From: a virus
Taxonomy: Duplodnaviria; Caudoviricetes
Reading direction: 5' to 3' (one strand)
Virus record (IMG/VR): IMGVR_UViG_3300020413_000040
Coordinates: 1 to 32,542 of that record
Length of the DNA stretch: 32,542 nt
The notes under the pieces were generated by a model. It was given only the letters and a program-made list of their open reading frames with translations. It did not search any database and was not told the origin of the DNA. A program made the translations under genes and the position numbers. Positions 25,740 through 32,542 of this stretch are shown one piece after another. Within the stretch, counting starts at the first letter, position 1. Each line of letters opens with the position of its first letter.

Positions 25740-25918
25740 AAGCTAAGGATCTCAAGTGCAATAAGATGTACTGGTCGACTCGTCTCAATAAGATAGGGAT
25801 TTGCGAGGCATTTGCAAACTACATGGTATATATGGTTTTTATTGATAACAGAGACAATGGATGGTACCATTGCGCTGAACTAAAGGAGGTTAGTCATGAT
25901 AAGAGACAGACTGTTTGA
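25736..25918 (+). CDS. Hypothetical protein
   Basis: 60 aa; ATGA coupling. Confidence 0.6.
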   Translation: MKAKDLKCNKMYWSTRLNKIGICEAFANYMVYMVFIDNRDNGWYHCAELKEVSHDKRQTV

Positions 25919-26015
25919 TGCTTACTTGTTAGGCTCATTGGCCTTGGGTTGCGCGCTCGCAGCACCGTATGTTTTGTGCCTGATTGTAAAGGAAGAATTC
26001 CGTGCGAGAATGTAG
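25896..26015 (+). CDS. 39-aa single-TM microprotein
   Basis: Strong AAGGAGGT RBS; AYLLGSLALGCALAAPYVLCLIV. Confidence 0.55.
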   Translation: MIRDRLFDAYLLGSLALGCALAAPYVLCLIVKEEFRARM

Positions 26016-26223
26016 GTTCATTAGGTGCGGAAACAACATATATGTACCACCAGTTCAAGTTTGGTTAGAAGGTTGGACCCGCCAACGATGGCTTGAAAGG
26101 CATTTCAAAGAACCGGACACAATAAGAGTAGCCAGCCTCATGTCATGGGAGTGGCTGTCCGGAGAGCACACCGTCAAAATATTGACAGAGAAAAGTAATG
26201 AGTTCTCTGAAAAAGATTCTTGA
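26002..26223 (+). CDS. Hypothetical protein
   Basis: 73 aa; GTG start with AAGGA upstream. Confidence 0.55.
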   Translation: MRECRFIRCGNNIYVPPVQVWLEGWTRQRWLERHFKEPDTIRVASLMSWEWLSGEHTVKILTEKSNEFSEKDS

Positions 26224-26248
26224 CAATCCCACCAAAATAACCTATAAT
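26220..26248 (+). promoter_or_regulatory. Sigma70-type promoter
   Basis: TTGACA-N17-TATAAT, perfect consensus. Confidence 0.82.
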
Positions 26249-26276
26249 ATATGTATAACAAATAATCGGAGACCCC

Positions 26277-26579
26277 ATGAAAGTCTGGAACTGGATGAAC
26301 GAGCATATGTACCTCACTGTGTTTGTCTTGGCCTTTATCACAGACTTCTGGGCGAACTGGTATAGTTATGCGATAGTTCATGACTGGATAGTTCTACAGG
26401 CATTTTTGGGAATGGCTTTGCCTTTCTTGAATTTACCTGGAATTCTATTCTTCATAGACAAGAAAGATATGAAAGTTAGACTGAAACTCTGTGCGCTCTC
26501 GGCACTTGCAATGTCCTTGGGTTCTACCTTGATGTTGTTGATGATCCGAGCAGGTATTGGAGTTGGGAAGGAAATATAA
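26277..26579 (+). CDS. Membrane protein (three TM segments)
   Basis: Three hydrophobic segments; GGAG RBS. Confidence 0.75.
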   Translation: MKVWNWMNEHMYLTVFVLAFITDFWANWYSYAIVHDWIVLQAFLGMALPFLNLPGILFFIDKKDMKVRLKLCALSALAMSLGSTLMLLMIRAGIGVGKEI

Positions 26580-26758
26580 TGAGAGGCGTAGACTTTAAAG
26601 TTGGAGATATGGTTGTCAACCCCGTTGCCGAATCAACGGCCGTTGTCCTTGGTTTCGAGGATAACAAACTATTCGACTCAGTTTATTGTGTTAAAGTTAT
26701 GTACGTTGGAGACTCAAAGCCAATGTATGTTTTATCAGATAGGATTAGAAAATTATGA
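26579..26758 (+). CDS. 59-aa SH3/KOW-like protein
   Basis: MRGVDFKVGDMVVN...AVVLG; TAATG and ATGA coupling; below the ORF-track cutoff. Confidence 0.68.
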   Translation: MRGVDFKVGDMVVNPVAESTAVVLGFEDNKLFDSVYCVKVMYVGDSKPMYVLSDRIRKL

Positions 26759-27438
26759 GTGACGCATCAATACATTATCAAGACGCATTTAATCACCTAC
26801 AATATCATGCAGACCATATGAATTTGTGGGAGCAAGGTTTCGTAGAATCTTTGGAACACCAGTTCAAACAAAAAGGTAGACTTTCTCTCTCACAAGAGAG
26901 GCATCTTTTCAAGTTGACTGATAAATATAATATGGACAAGATTCGAGAAGCACAGCAATGGGTCAAGAACTATGGACCAGAACAACGAGACATCGCAATT
27001 AAGTGTGCAAATTACTATGATGGCCAGTATGTTAACTATTTCCATGATATTGTTACAAAGGTTCTGGATGACCCTGAACATCACGTCCTTACTCTTGGAG
27101 AGTATAACAAGCTGTGCAAGAACAAGTACGCTCTGAAAGTTCTAGCATCATATGATGCCCCAGAAAAATTTGCAGTGGGCGATATGGTTCAGATTCGAGC
27201 AAACAATCGTGTTGATATTGCTAATACAGATCAGAAAACCGGTGCCGTTGCTAGGGGTACACGCTCGACATGGGGCCTGACTAACAAGACTTGTATGGTC
27301 TTAGAAGTAAATGCTCTTCCAATTACCCGAGCAGCAAAGAACTCTAGGGTCTACAAGGTACTAATTATTGATGAGACTTCGCCAATTTATGTTCACGAGT
27401 CTGACCTCAAAAAGCTTCGGAGGCCAAAAAAGAAATGA
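26755..27438 (+). CDS. Hypothetical protein with C-terminal SH3/KOW-like domain
   Basis: WEQGFVESL...LSLSQ helical N-terminus; FAVGDMVQI...VHESDLKK C-terminus. Confidence 0.75.
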   Translation: MSDASIHYQDAFNHLQYHADHMNLWEQGFVESLEHQFKQKGRLSLSQERHLFKLTDKYNMDKIREAQQWVKNYGPEQRDIAIKCANYYDGQYVNYFHDIVTKVLDDPEHHVLTLGEYNKLCKNKYALKVLASYDAPEKFAVGDMVQIRANNRVDIANTDQKTGAVARGTRSTWGLTNKTCMVLEVNALPITRAAKNSRVYKVLIIDETSPIYVHESDLKKLRRPKKK

Positions 27439-27869
27439 AAGAACAAATCATTAAAGCTATTTCCTTCTTTTATCAAGGAGAGAGGCACATAATCAAAGCT
27501 GGAAAGTCAGGAAAGTTCAGGGTCCCGGTCACTGAGGTCGTCGATGGTAATATGAAAACAAGGATCAAAGGACTGACTGCTTGTGAGATACTTAAACACG
27601 ACGTCGTAAAAGGGTGTGACCCAACGCTATACTTAGATCGAGGAGAGAAACTTAGAGTCTTTCAAGGCGGAGACTCAAGCTATTTACCCGCACACATTCA
27701 GGGCCTAGCTGAGAAGCATGACGCAGCAAATAAGCCGAAGCCCAAGCCGAAAAAAAAATCAATACTTGACAAACCATTCACAAATGGTTATAATTTAACT
27801 AAAGATTGGAAACAAGAAACAATAGATATGTATGGATGTTGGCCTTATGACGAGGACTACCATGACTAA
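27435..27869 (+). CDS. Hypothetical protein
   Basis: 144 aa; ATGA coupling; KP-rich linker. Confidence 0.7.
   Translation: MKEQIIKAISFFYQGERHIIKAGKSGKFRVPVTEVVDGNMKTRIKGLTACEILKHDVVKGCDPTLYLDRGEKLRVFQGGDSSYLPAHIQGLAEKHDAANKPKPKPKKKSILDKPFTNGYNLTKDWKQETIDMYGCWPYDEDYHD
27766..27794 (+). promoter_or_regulatory. Sigma70-type promoter inside a CDS
   Basis: TTGACA-N17-TATAAT, perfect consensus. Confidence 0.75.
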
Positions 27870-28080
27870 ATATCTGACAGAGGGTGACTTGGTGTGGGTC
27901 TGTCGCCATGGTTACGAGGAGTGTACACCAAAAAGCCTCAGAAGTCATGGAATAGTGACAAAAGAGTTGTCGGCACCCAACCAGTATTGGTACGAAATTT
28001 TACAGACCACCCCTAGTGGAACCACACAAATGAAAACATTTCCCATTGAAATGCTGATAAAGATCGAAGACAATGACTGA
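27862..28080 (+). CDS. Small SH3/KOW-like protein
   Basis: LTEGDLVWV...GIVTK; start 27862 after GAGGA. Confidence 0.68.
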   Translation: MTKYLTEGDLVWVCRHGYEECTPKSLRSHGIVTKELSAPNQYWYEILQTTPSGTTQMKTFPIEMLIKIEDND

Positions 28081-28354
28081 AGTATACAATATAAGAATAG
28101 GTGATATGGTTTATAATAAACTCGATGGCCAAAACATAATTGGCCTTATCTATAAATTAACGCCAAAATACGCTTACTATGCAGTCTGCGCTAGGAGTAA
28201 GAATGACTCGGAAGGGGATCACTATATCACAAGAGATCACAAGGTCAGCAAGCAGAAATTATACGAAGCAATCAGAAAAGAACACGTAGGAATAAGTTAT
28301 GCACAAGGCATCAATCGTAGAAGAAAAATCAAAGAGAACACCGAAAGTCGGTGA
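28073..28354 (+). CDS. Small SH3/KOW-like protein
   Basis: IRIGDMVYN...IGLIYK. Confidence 0.68.
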   Translation: MTEVYNIRIGDMVYNKLDGQNIIGLIYKLTPKYAYYAVCARSKNDSEGDHYITRDHKVSKQKLYEAIRKEHVGISYAQGINRRRKIKENTESR

Positions 28355-28514
28355 CATAGTGAAATTTCACGCTGGTGTCTGTGAAATTATGGATGGGGTT
28401 GATGGAATGACCGGAATCGTTACCAAACTTTATCATGACGACTTCGATGCCTTGGTTCTACTTAATGATGGCAGACTTTTCATTGACAGAACCGAGTATT
28501 TCACGGTATTATAA
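28299..28514 (+). CDS. Small SH3/KOW-like protein
   Basis: PKVGDIVKF...TGIVTK; AGGA RBS. Confidence 0.65.
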   Translation: MHKASIVEEKSKRTPKVGDIVKFHAGVCEIMDGVDGMTGIVTKLYHDDFDALVLLNDGRLFIDRTEYFTVL

Positions 28515-28518
28515 TAAC

Positions 28519-28734
28519 ATGAGACAGAAGATAGATATAGGCGACCTTGTAGAGTATGATAAGTATCAGGCACTTGTGCTTGACCGCAAGACTATCAATC
28601 CAAACTACAACACAGAAAGGGTATTCCATCCGGATGAATACCATTGCAAGGTTCTGCTTTTGAACTCGGACAACGACAATGACTATCGTTGGGTCCGAAC
28701 TAAATGGTTGAAATTATTATCAAAATCTTCTTGA
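28519..28734 (+). CDS. Small SH3/KOW-like protein
   Basis: IDIGDLVEY...ALVLD...WVRTKWLKLL; start reassigned to ATG 28519. Confidence 0.68.
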   Translation: MRQKIDIGDLVEYDKYQALVLDRKTINPNYNTERVFHPDEYHCKVLLLNSDNDNDYRWVRTKWLKLLSKSS

Positions 28735-28759
28735 CTTTCCCCTCAAAACCTGTCATAAT
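28731..28759 (+). promoter_or_regulatory. Sigma70-type promoter (extended -10)
   Basis: TTGACT-N17-CATAAT with TG before the -10. Confidence 0.7.
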
Positions 28760-28786
28760 ATATACACAACAATGAAGGAGCGACTA

Positions 28787-29374
28787 ATGAATCCACTCGC
28801 AGATAACGTATTTCAAATGACCAACGCCGAGCTAATCGGCCTTGCCAAGAATAGATTCCTCGACTATGAAACTCAGGACAAGATTGCACTAAACCCTTAC
28901 AAGCGAGCACACATGTATCTTATTGAGAACCCTGGCCTGTGCTCGACTTCCCGAGACATCTTGTGGAGCAAGCCTGGCTACGTAAACAAGTTCGACTTGG
29001 TTTCTATGGGTCATTACAAGGACCAACCGGAAAAGTATCACGAGCTTTACGACAACTATGCAGAGAAGGCATTTGTGAGGAACGGTGGCTATCGTGTCTT
29101 TCGGGCCTTCCTTGGCGGCTATGGTTATGGTGCGGGCTACGGTGCTTTACCTGGACCTTCAGGGACTCCAACATCTATCCTTGATAGTCTTTATGATCGC
29201 GTCAAAAATGAGAAAACAAGGGGCTATGGTTATGACTATTACACCACGAGCATGGCTAGGGCACTGGCACAACATCCCAACTCTTCGACTGAAACTATTG
29301 TGAAACTTTCTTGCGCTTATCCATGCAAAGATATAAACAGAATTGCCCTTATAGAGCTGGGAAGACGTGGATAA
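28787..29374 (+). CDS. Hypothetical helical-repeat-like protein
   Basis: AAGGAG RBS before 28787; recurring IALNP / LIENP / LAQHP units and a GY-rich patch. Confidence 0.7.
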   Translation: MNPLADNVFQMTNAELIGLAKNRFLDYETQDKIALNPYKRAHMYLIENPGLCSTSRDILWSKPGYVNKFDLVSMGHYKDQPEKYHELYDNYAEKAFVRNGGYRVFRAFLGGYGYGAGYGALPGPSGTPTSILDSLYDRVKNEKTRGYGYDYYTTSMARALAQHPNSSTETIVKLSCAYPCKDINRIALIELGRRG

Positions 29375-29390
29375 AAAGTTAATTTTTATA

Positions 29391-29419
29391 TTGACAAAAC
29401 CTACCCTTTATGAGATACT
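29391..29419 (+). promoter_or_regulatory. Sigma70-type promoter (extended -10)
   Basis: TTGACA-N17-GATACT with TG before the -10. Confidence 0.65.
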
Positions 29420-29467
29420 AGTTAAAGATAGAGAAAGAAATAACGCCAACAACACAAGGAGATCATC

Positions 29468-30517
29468 ATGGCCGTTGACTTTGCTACATTTTCCCAAATC
29501 GTAAACCACGTAACCGCTGTACGTAAGCCAGTCTTACTGCGAGGTCGTCACGGCATTGGCAAGTCCACTGTTGTGTACCAGTACGCTGCACAACAAGACA
29601 TGGAAGTTGTCGAGCGTCGTGCATCACAGATGACGGAAGGTGACTTGGTTGGTCTACCTACTATCGATGCAGGCTCGACCCGGTTCAATCCACCTGATTG
29701 GTTCAAGGCTGCATGTGATCGTCCTGTTGTGTTGTTTCTCGACGAAGTTGACCGAGCCACCTTGGAAGTCCGCCAAGGCATCTTCGAGCTTACTGATTCA
29801 CGTAAGCTGAACGGACACAAACTCCACGATGATACGCTCATCTTCGCCGCAGTCAACGGTGGAGAACATGGAGCACAGTATCAAGTTGGCGAGATGGACC
29901 CGGCTGAATTGGATCGCTGGACTGTATTTGACATCGAGCCATCTGTGGAGGACTGGTTGGCATGGGCTAATGATTCTGAAATCTCTCAGGAGATTTTCAA
30001 TTTCATCAATCAGAATCGTGCCCACCTTGAGCACACAGACGACTTCGAGCCGAACAAGGTTTATCCTTCTCGTCGGTCTTGGGAACGTCTCGACCAGTGT
30101 CTGGCACAGGCTGGTCTGCTGGAGGATGCCAGTCCTGCACTTTTCAATCTGACTTCTGCGTTTGTTGGCTTTGAGGCTGCTGTAGCTTTCAACGACTTTA
30201 TCCAGAACTACGACCGCCAAGTCTCGACTGATGACATTCTTGTCAAGGGTGACTTCTCCAAGCTAGCTGACTTCGGTATCAATGATCACACTGCTATCAT
30301 CGACAAGTTCGAGGCCGAAGAGACATTCAAGGATGAGTTACCACAAGATCAGGTTGACAACTTGGCCCGCTATTTCATCATGCTTCCCTCTGAAGTTGCA
30401 ATGAAACTCTGGACTGTAATGGGCAAGGGCGAAGTCAACAACACTGTCAAGCTGCACAAGACTGATGTCGATGGTGAGTCTGTCAGTAAGCACTTCGTCA
30501 AGATGATTAATGGATAG
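29468..30517 (+). CDS. MoxR-like AAA+ ATPase
   Basis: Walker A GRHGIGKS, GDLVGLP, Walker B VLFLDE, sensor AAVN, DPAELDRW Arg finger, PSRRSW. Confidence 0.92.
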   Translation: MAVDFATFSQIVNHVTAVRKPVLLRGRHGIGKSTVVYQYAAQQDMEVVERRASQMTEGDLVGLPTIDAGSTRFNPPDWFKAACDRPVVLFLDEVDRATLEVRQGIFELTDSRKLNGHKLHDDTLIFAAVNGGEHGAQYQVGEMDPAELDRWTVFDIEPSVEDWLAWANDSEISQEIFNFINQNRAHLEHTDDFEPNKVYPSRRSWERLDQCLAQAGLLEDASPALFNLTSAFVGFEAAVAFNDFIQNYDRQVSTDDILVKGDFSKLADFGINDHTAIIDKFEAEETFKDELPQDQVDNLARYFIMLPSEVAMKLWTVMGKGEVNNTVKLHKTDVDGESVSKHFVKMING

Positions 30518-30529
30518 GACAAATAGTTC

Positions 30530-30559
30530 TTGACAATTAAGTTAGTTTTGTGTTATTAT
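30530..30559 (+). promoter_or_regulatory. Sigma70-type promoter
   Basis: TTGACA-N18-TATTAT with TG before the -10. Confidence 0.65.
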
Positions 30560-30586
30560 AATATATAAACAATTACGGAGGCTGTT

Positions 30587-31831
30587 ATGTCCGACAAAGA
30601 ATTTGACCTCAATACTCACACTGCTCGTCTTCTACTTGACGAGCCGTTCTTTGCAGCTATCTCTCGTCGTATCGACAAGCGTGCATCTAACGCTATCCCC
30701 ACAGCCGGTGTCATGGTTAACCCTGAGACAGCCCAGTTCGAGATGCTGTACAACCCCAAATTCTTTGAGGACTTAACAGACCTCAATCGTACTGACATTC
30801 TCAAGCACGAGTTCTATCACATTCTATTCGAGCATGTGACTGGTCGTATGCCTGAGAATGTAAACATGGAAACTTCAGAAGGTCGCCGTAACATGAAACT
30901 TTGGAACATTGCAACTGACCTTGCAATCAACTCCCACTTGCAACACCTACCAGAAGGCGGGCTCATTCCTGGCGAGGGTAAGTTTGAAGGCTTGCCCAAA
31001 GGTGAGTCAGCAGAGTGGTATCTTGCCAACATGCCAGATTTCGAGGAGGAAGACCAAGGTCAAAAGGGTGACGGGGCAGACCAGGATGGTGAAGGCGGTC
31101 AAGGTGGAGAGCAAGGCAACAACTCCGGCAACGGTGATGGCATGCCTGATTCGCTTGACGACCACTCAGGCTGGGGCCAGTGCTCTAACGAGGTTAAGGA
31201 AATGGCCAAGGAGCGTCTCAAAGAAACTGTACGCAAAGCAGCAGAAGAAGCAAGCAAGTCAAATGGTTGGGGCTCAGTGTCTAGTTCAGTTCGTAAGGAT
31301 GTGATGAAGATGTTGGAAACCAAGGTAGACTGGCGCAAGGTTCTTCGATTCTTTGTCAAGTCTTCGCAACGAGCAGACAGGTCTAGCTCTATCAAGCGAA
31401 TCAACCGCCGTTATGCTTACATCCACCCAGGTCGCAAGGCAAACCGGGTTGCCAAACTTGCAATCTCGATTGACCAGTCAGGTTCTGTGAGTGACGAGAT
31501 GCTTTCTCTTTTCTTTGCGGAGTTGAACAAGCTGTCAGCTATTGCAGAGTTTGTCGTGATCCCTTTTGACACACAGGTTGATGAAGACCTTGTGTACATT
31601 TGGAAGAAGAACAAGAACCAGAAGCCAGAGCGTGTGATGATGGGTGGTACCGACTTCAACGCTCCTACAGATTATGTTAACAAAGGCGGATTCGATGGTC
31701 ACATTGTCTTGACTGATATGTGTGCACCAAAACCACGGCCAAGCAAATGCCAGCGCATGTGGATGACTACGCCTGAGTATGCAAAGGCAAACTACTTTGC
31801 TACTAACGAAAGAGTTGTTATTGTTGAGTGA
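30587..31831 (+). CDS. DUF2201-type protein: HExxH metallopeptidase-like N-domain, acidic Gly-rich linker and vWA domain
   Basis: IPTAGV, LKHEFYH, WNIATDLAINS, LDDHSGW, IDQSGSV (MIDAS), GGTDF, IVLTD; the usual partner of the upstream AAA+. Confidence 0.9.
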   Translation: MSDKEFDLNTHTARLLLDEPFFAAISRRIDKRASNAIPTAGVMVNPETAQFEMLYNPKFFEDLTDLNRTDILKHEFYHILFEHVTGRMPENVNMETSEGRRNMKLWNIATDLAINSHLQHLPEGGLIPGEGKFEGLPKGESAEWYLANMPDFEEEDQGQKGDGADQDGEGGQGGEQGNNSGNGDGMPDSLDDHSGWGQCSNEVKEMAKERLKETVRKAAEEASKSNGWGSVSSSVRKDVMKMLETKVDWRKVLRFFVKSSQRADRSSSIKRINRRYAYIHPGRKANRVAKLAISIDQSGSVSDEMLSLFFAELNKLSAIAEFVVIPFDTQVDEDLVYIWKKNKNQKPERVMMGGTDFNAPTDYVNKGGFDGHIVLTDMCAPKPRPSKCQRMWMTTPEYAKANYFATNERVVIVE

Positions 31832-31870
31832 GGCTCAAGGGCACCATAGCCTTTAAGATACTCCGGCAAT

Positions 31871-32065
31871 AACTTGTTTGGTCAGTCAATGCGCGGCATG
31901 TCCCGCGTGGCCAAACAGGTTCTTCAGTGCTGAGACATGAAACAAGGAAAACGTGCGTTTGCCTACAACCGCACATTCCCATGAGGGGTAAACAACTTAG
32001 ACGTAGGCTGGCTGTTCGGGTTAATGAAGCGAGAAAGTGATTAACCCACTGAAGAACCACTTTTT
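31871..32065 (+). ncRNA. Candidate structured ncRNA (multi-helix, pseudoknot), family unknown
   Basis: Helices 31871-31884/31908-31921, 31918-31929/32047-32058 (12 bp perfect), 32018-32025/32040-32047 and 31953-31957/31970-31974; loop GCCTAC (31961-31966) is complementary to GTAGGC (32003-32008). Confidence 0.6.
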
Positions 32066-32081
32066 CCAACATAGTTATAGT

Positions 32082-32312
32082 ATGGAGCCAAGATTTCAAC
32101 CAGGAGACTTGGTAGCTTGCTACCTAACCAACACAGAGATAGTCAGTGGCCTGTTCCAATGGGGTATGGTACTGGAAGTGAGTGAAACATTGCAAGACAT
32201 TCTTGTACTAGATAACGGTGGCTATACTAACTGGTATCCAGCAACCCGGTGGACACAATTAGATGAAGTTCCCAAAGAAAAAGTTCTTGACATTTACGGT
32301 CTTTTAGCGTAA
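32082..32312 (+). CDS. Small SH3/KOW-like protein
   Basis: MEPRFQPGDLVAC...WGMVLEV; ATG 32082 directly after CATAGTTATA (late-motif variant). Confidence 0.68.
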   Translation: MEPRFQPGDLVACYLTNTEIVSGLFQWGMVLEVSETLQDILVLDNGGYTNWYPATRWTQLDEVPKEKVLDIYGLLA

Positions 32313-32315
32313 AAT
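32287..32315 (+). promoter_or_regulatory. Sigma70-type promoter
   Basis: TTGACA-N17-TAAAAT. Confidence 0.65.
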
Positions 32316-32346
32316 AGTATTATAACAATAGGAAAGGGTCTCAAGT

Positions 32347-32542
32347 ATGGGATACAGAAGTGATGTTGGTTGGGCATGTGACCCAGCAGTAGCAGAAGTT
32401 ATTGGCGCAGTGTTGGAATTAAACCCAAAGGAAAGCGACGGAGACTTGCACGCCCTTATTGACGACGGCCGTGACAAGCATCGAGGCTTCGAGCGCCTAG
32501 ACCGGTTGTTCTTCGAAGACGTCAAGTGGTATGAGGGCTATC
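32347..32542 (+). CDS. Hypothetical phage protein (3' truncated by window)
   Basis: MGYRSDVGWAC...DVKWYEGY, open to the window end; promoter and AGGA/AAGG upstream. Confidence 0.7.
   Translation, partial: MGYRSDVGWACDPAVAEVIGAVLELNPKESDGDLHALIDDGRDKHRGFERLDRLFFEDVKWYEGY

Larger units (their letters stand above)
1..32542. mobile_element. Segment of a large dsDNA bacteriophage genome
   Basis: Dense, mostly co-oriented ORFs with TAATG/ATGA overlaps. thyX, dnaE, dut, groEL, clpP and uvsE lie outside bacterial operon context (e.g. groEL has no groES). Many short hypothetical ORFs and two promoter classes. Confidence 0.9.

Noticed and set aside
31930-31943. CTGAGACATGAAAC as a hammerhead ribozyme core
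   Set aside because: It does not fit CUGANGA, and there is no stem II between it and GAAA.
31818-32099. 93-aa minus-strand ORF across the structured gap
   Set aside because: No RBS, promoter or recognisable motif; opposite to the local gene direction; + strand RNA structure explains the region better.
1-32542. Alternative genetic code (stop-codon reassignment)
   Set aside because: DnaE, GroEL, UvsE and the AAA+ are intact in code 11, and TAA, TAG and TGA all end genes at tight junctions.
1-32542. Bacterial chromosome origin (dnaE, groEL, clpP, guaB-like present)
   Set aside because: None is in its usual operon (no groES, tig/clpX or guaA), and they are interspersed with phage-like small ORFs and a second promoter class.
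1-32542. tRNA or tmRNA genes
   Set aside because: No cloverleaf with a T-loop GTTCRA and acceptor stem was seen in the intergenic gaps; tRNAscan-SE or ARAGORN would confirm.

Overview
A 32.5 kb segment of a large tailed dsDNA phage genome, probably jumbo-sized. It is read in standard genetic code 11, is tightly packed and is almost all on the + strand. The left part is a replication and nucleotide-metabolism block (ThyX C-terminus, DnaE Pol III alpha, dUTPase, IMPDH/GMP-reductase family enzyme). It also holds two peptidoglycan-active enzymes and a myxobacterial-style Cys-rich MopE-repeat/vWA lipoprotein. The middle has a stand-alone sigma70 region-4 protein, ClpP, GroEL and glutaredoxin, plus several genes preceded by a recurring (A/T)CTANTTA motif that is probably the late promoter. 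The products of several of these genes share an N-terminal 'LIMENWR..L.E'-type leader. One carries a complete R-S-E ADP-ribosyltransferase signature and another a PD-(D/E)XK-like signature, which suggests virion-packaged effectors. The right part is an early-type region with many near-consensus TTGACA-N17-TATAAT promoters, UvsE, Smr, about 11 small 'GD.V' SH3/KOW-like ORFs and a MoxR-type AAA+/vWA pair. A ~200-nt intergenic segment there has several helices and a pseudoknot and is a candidate structured ncRNA. No tRNA, rRNA, CRISPR array, integrase or transposase was seen. All family calls come from motif recognition by eye, not from database searches.
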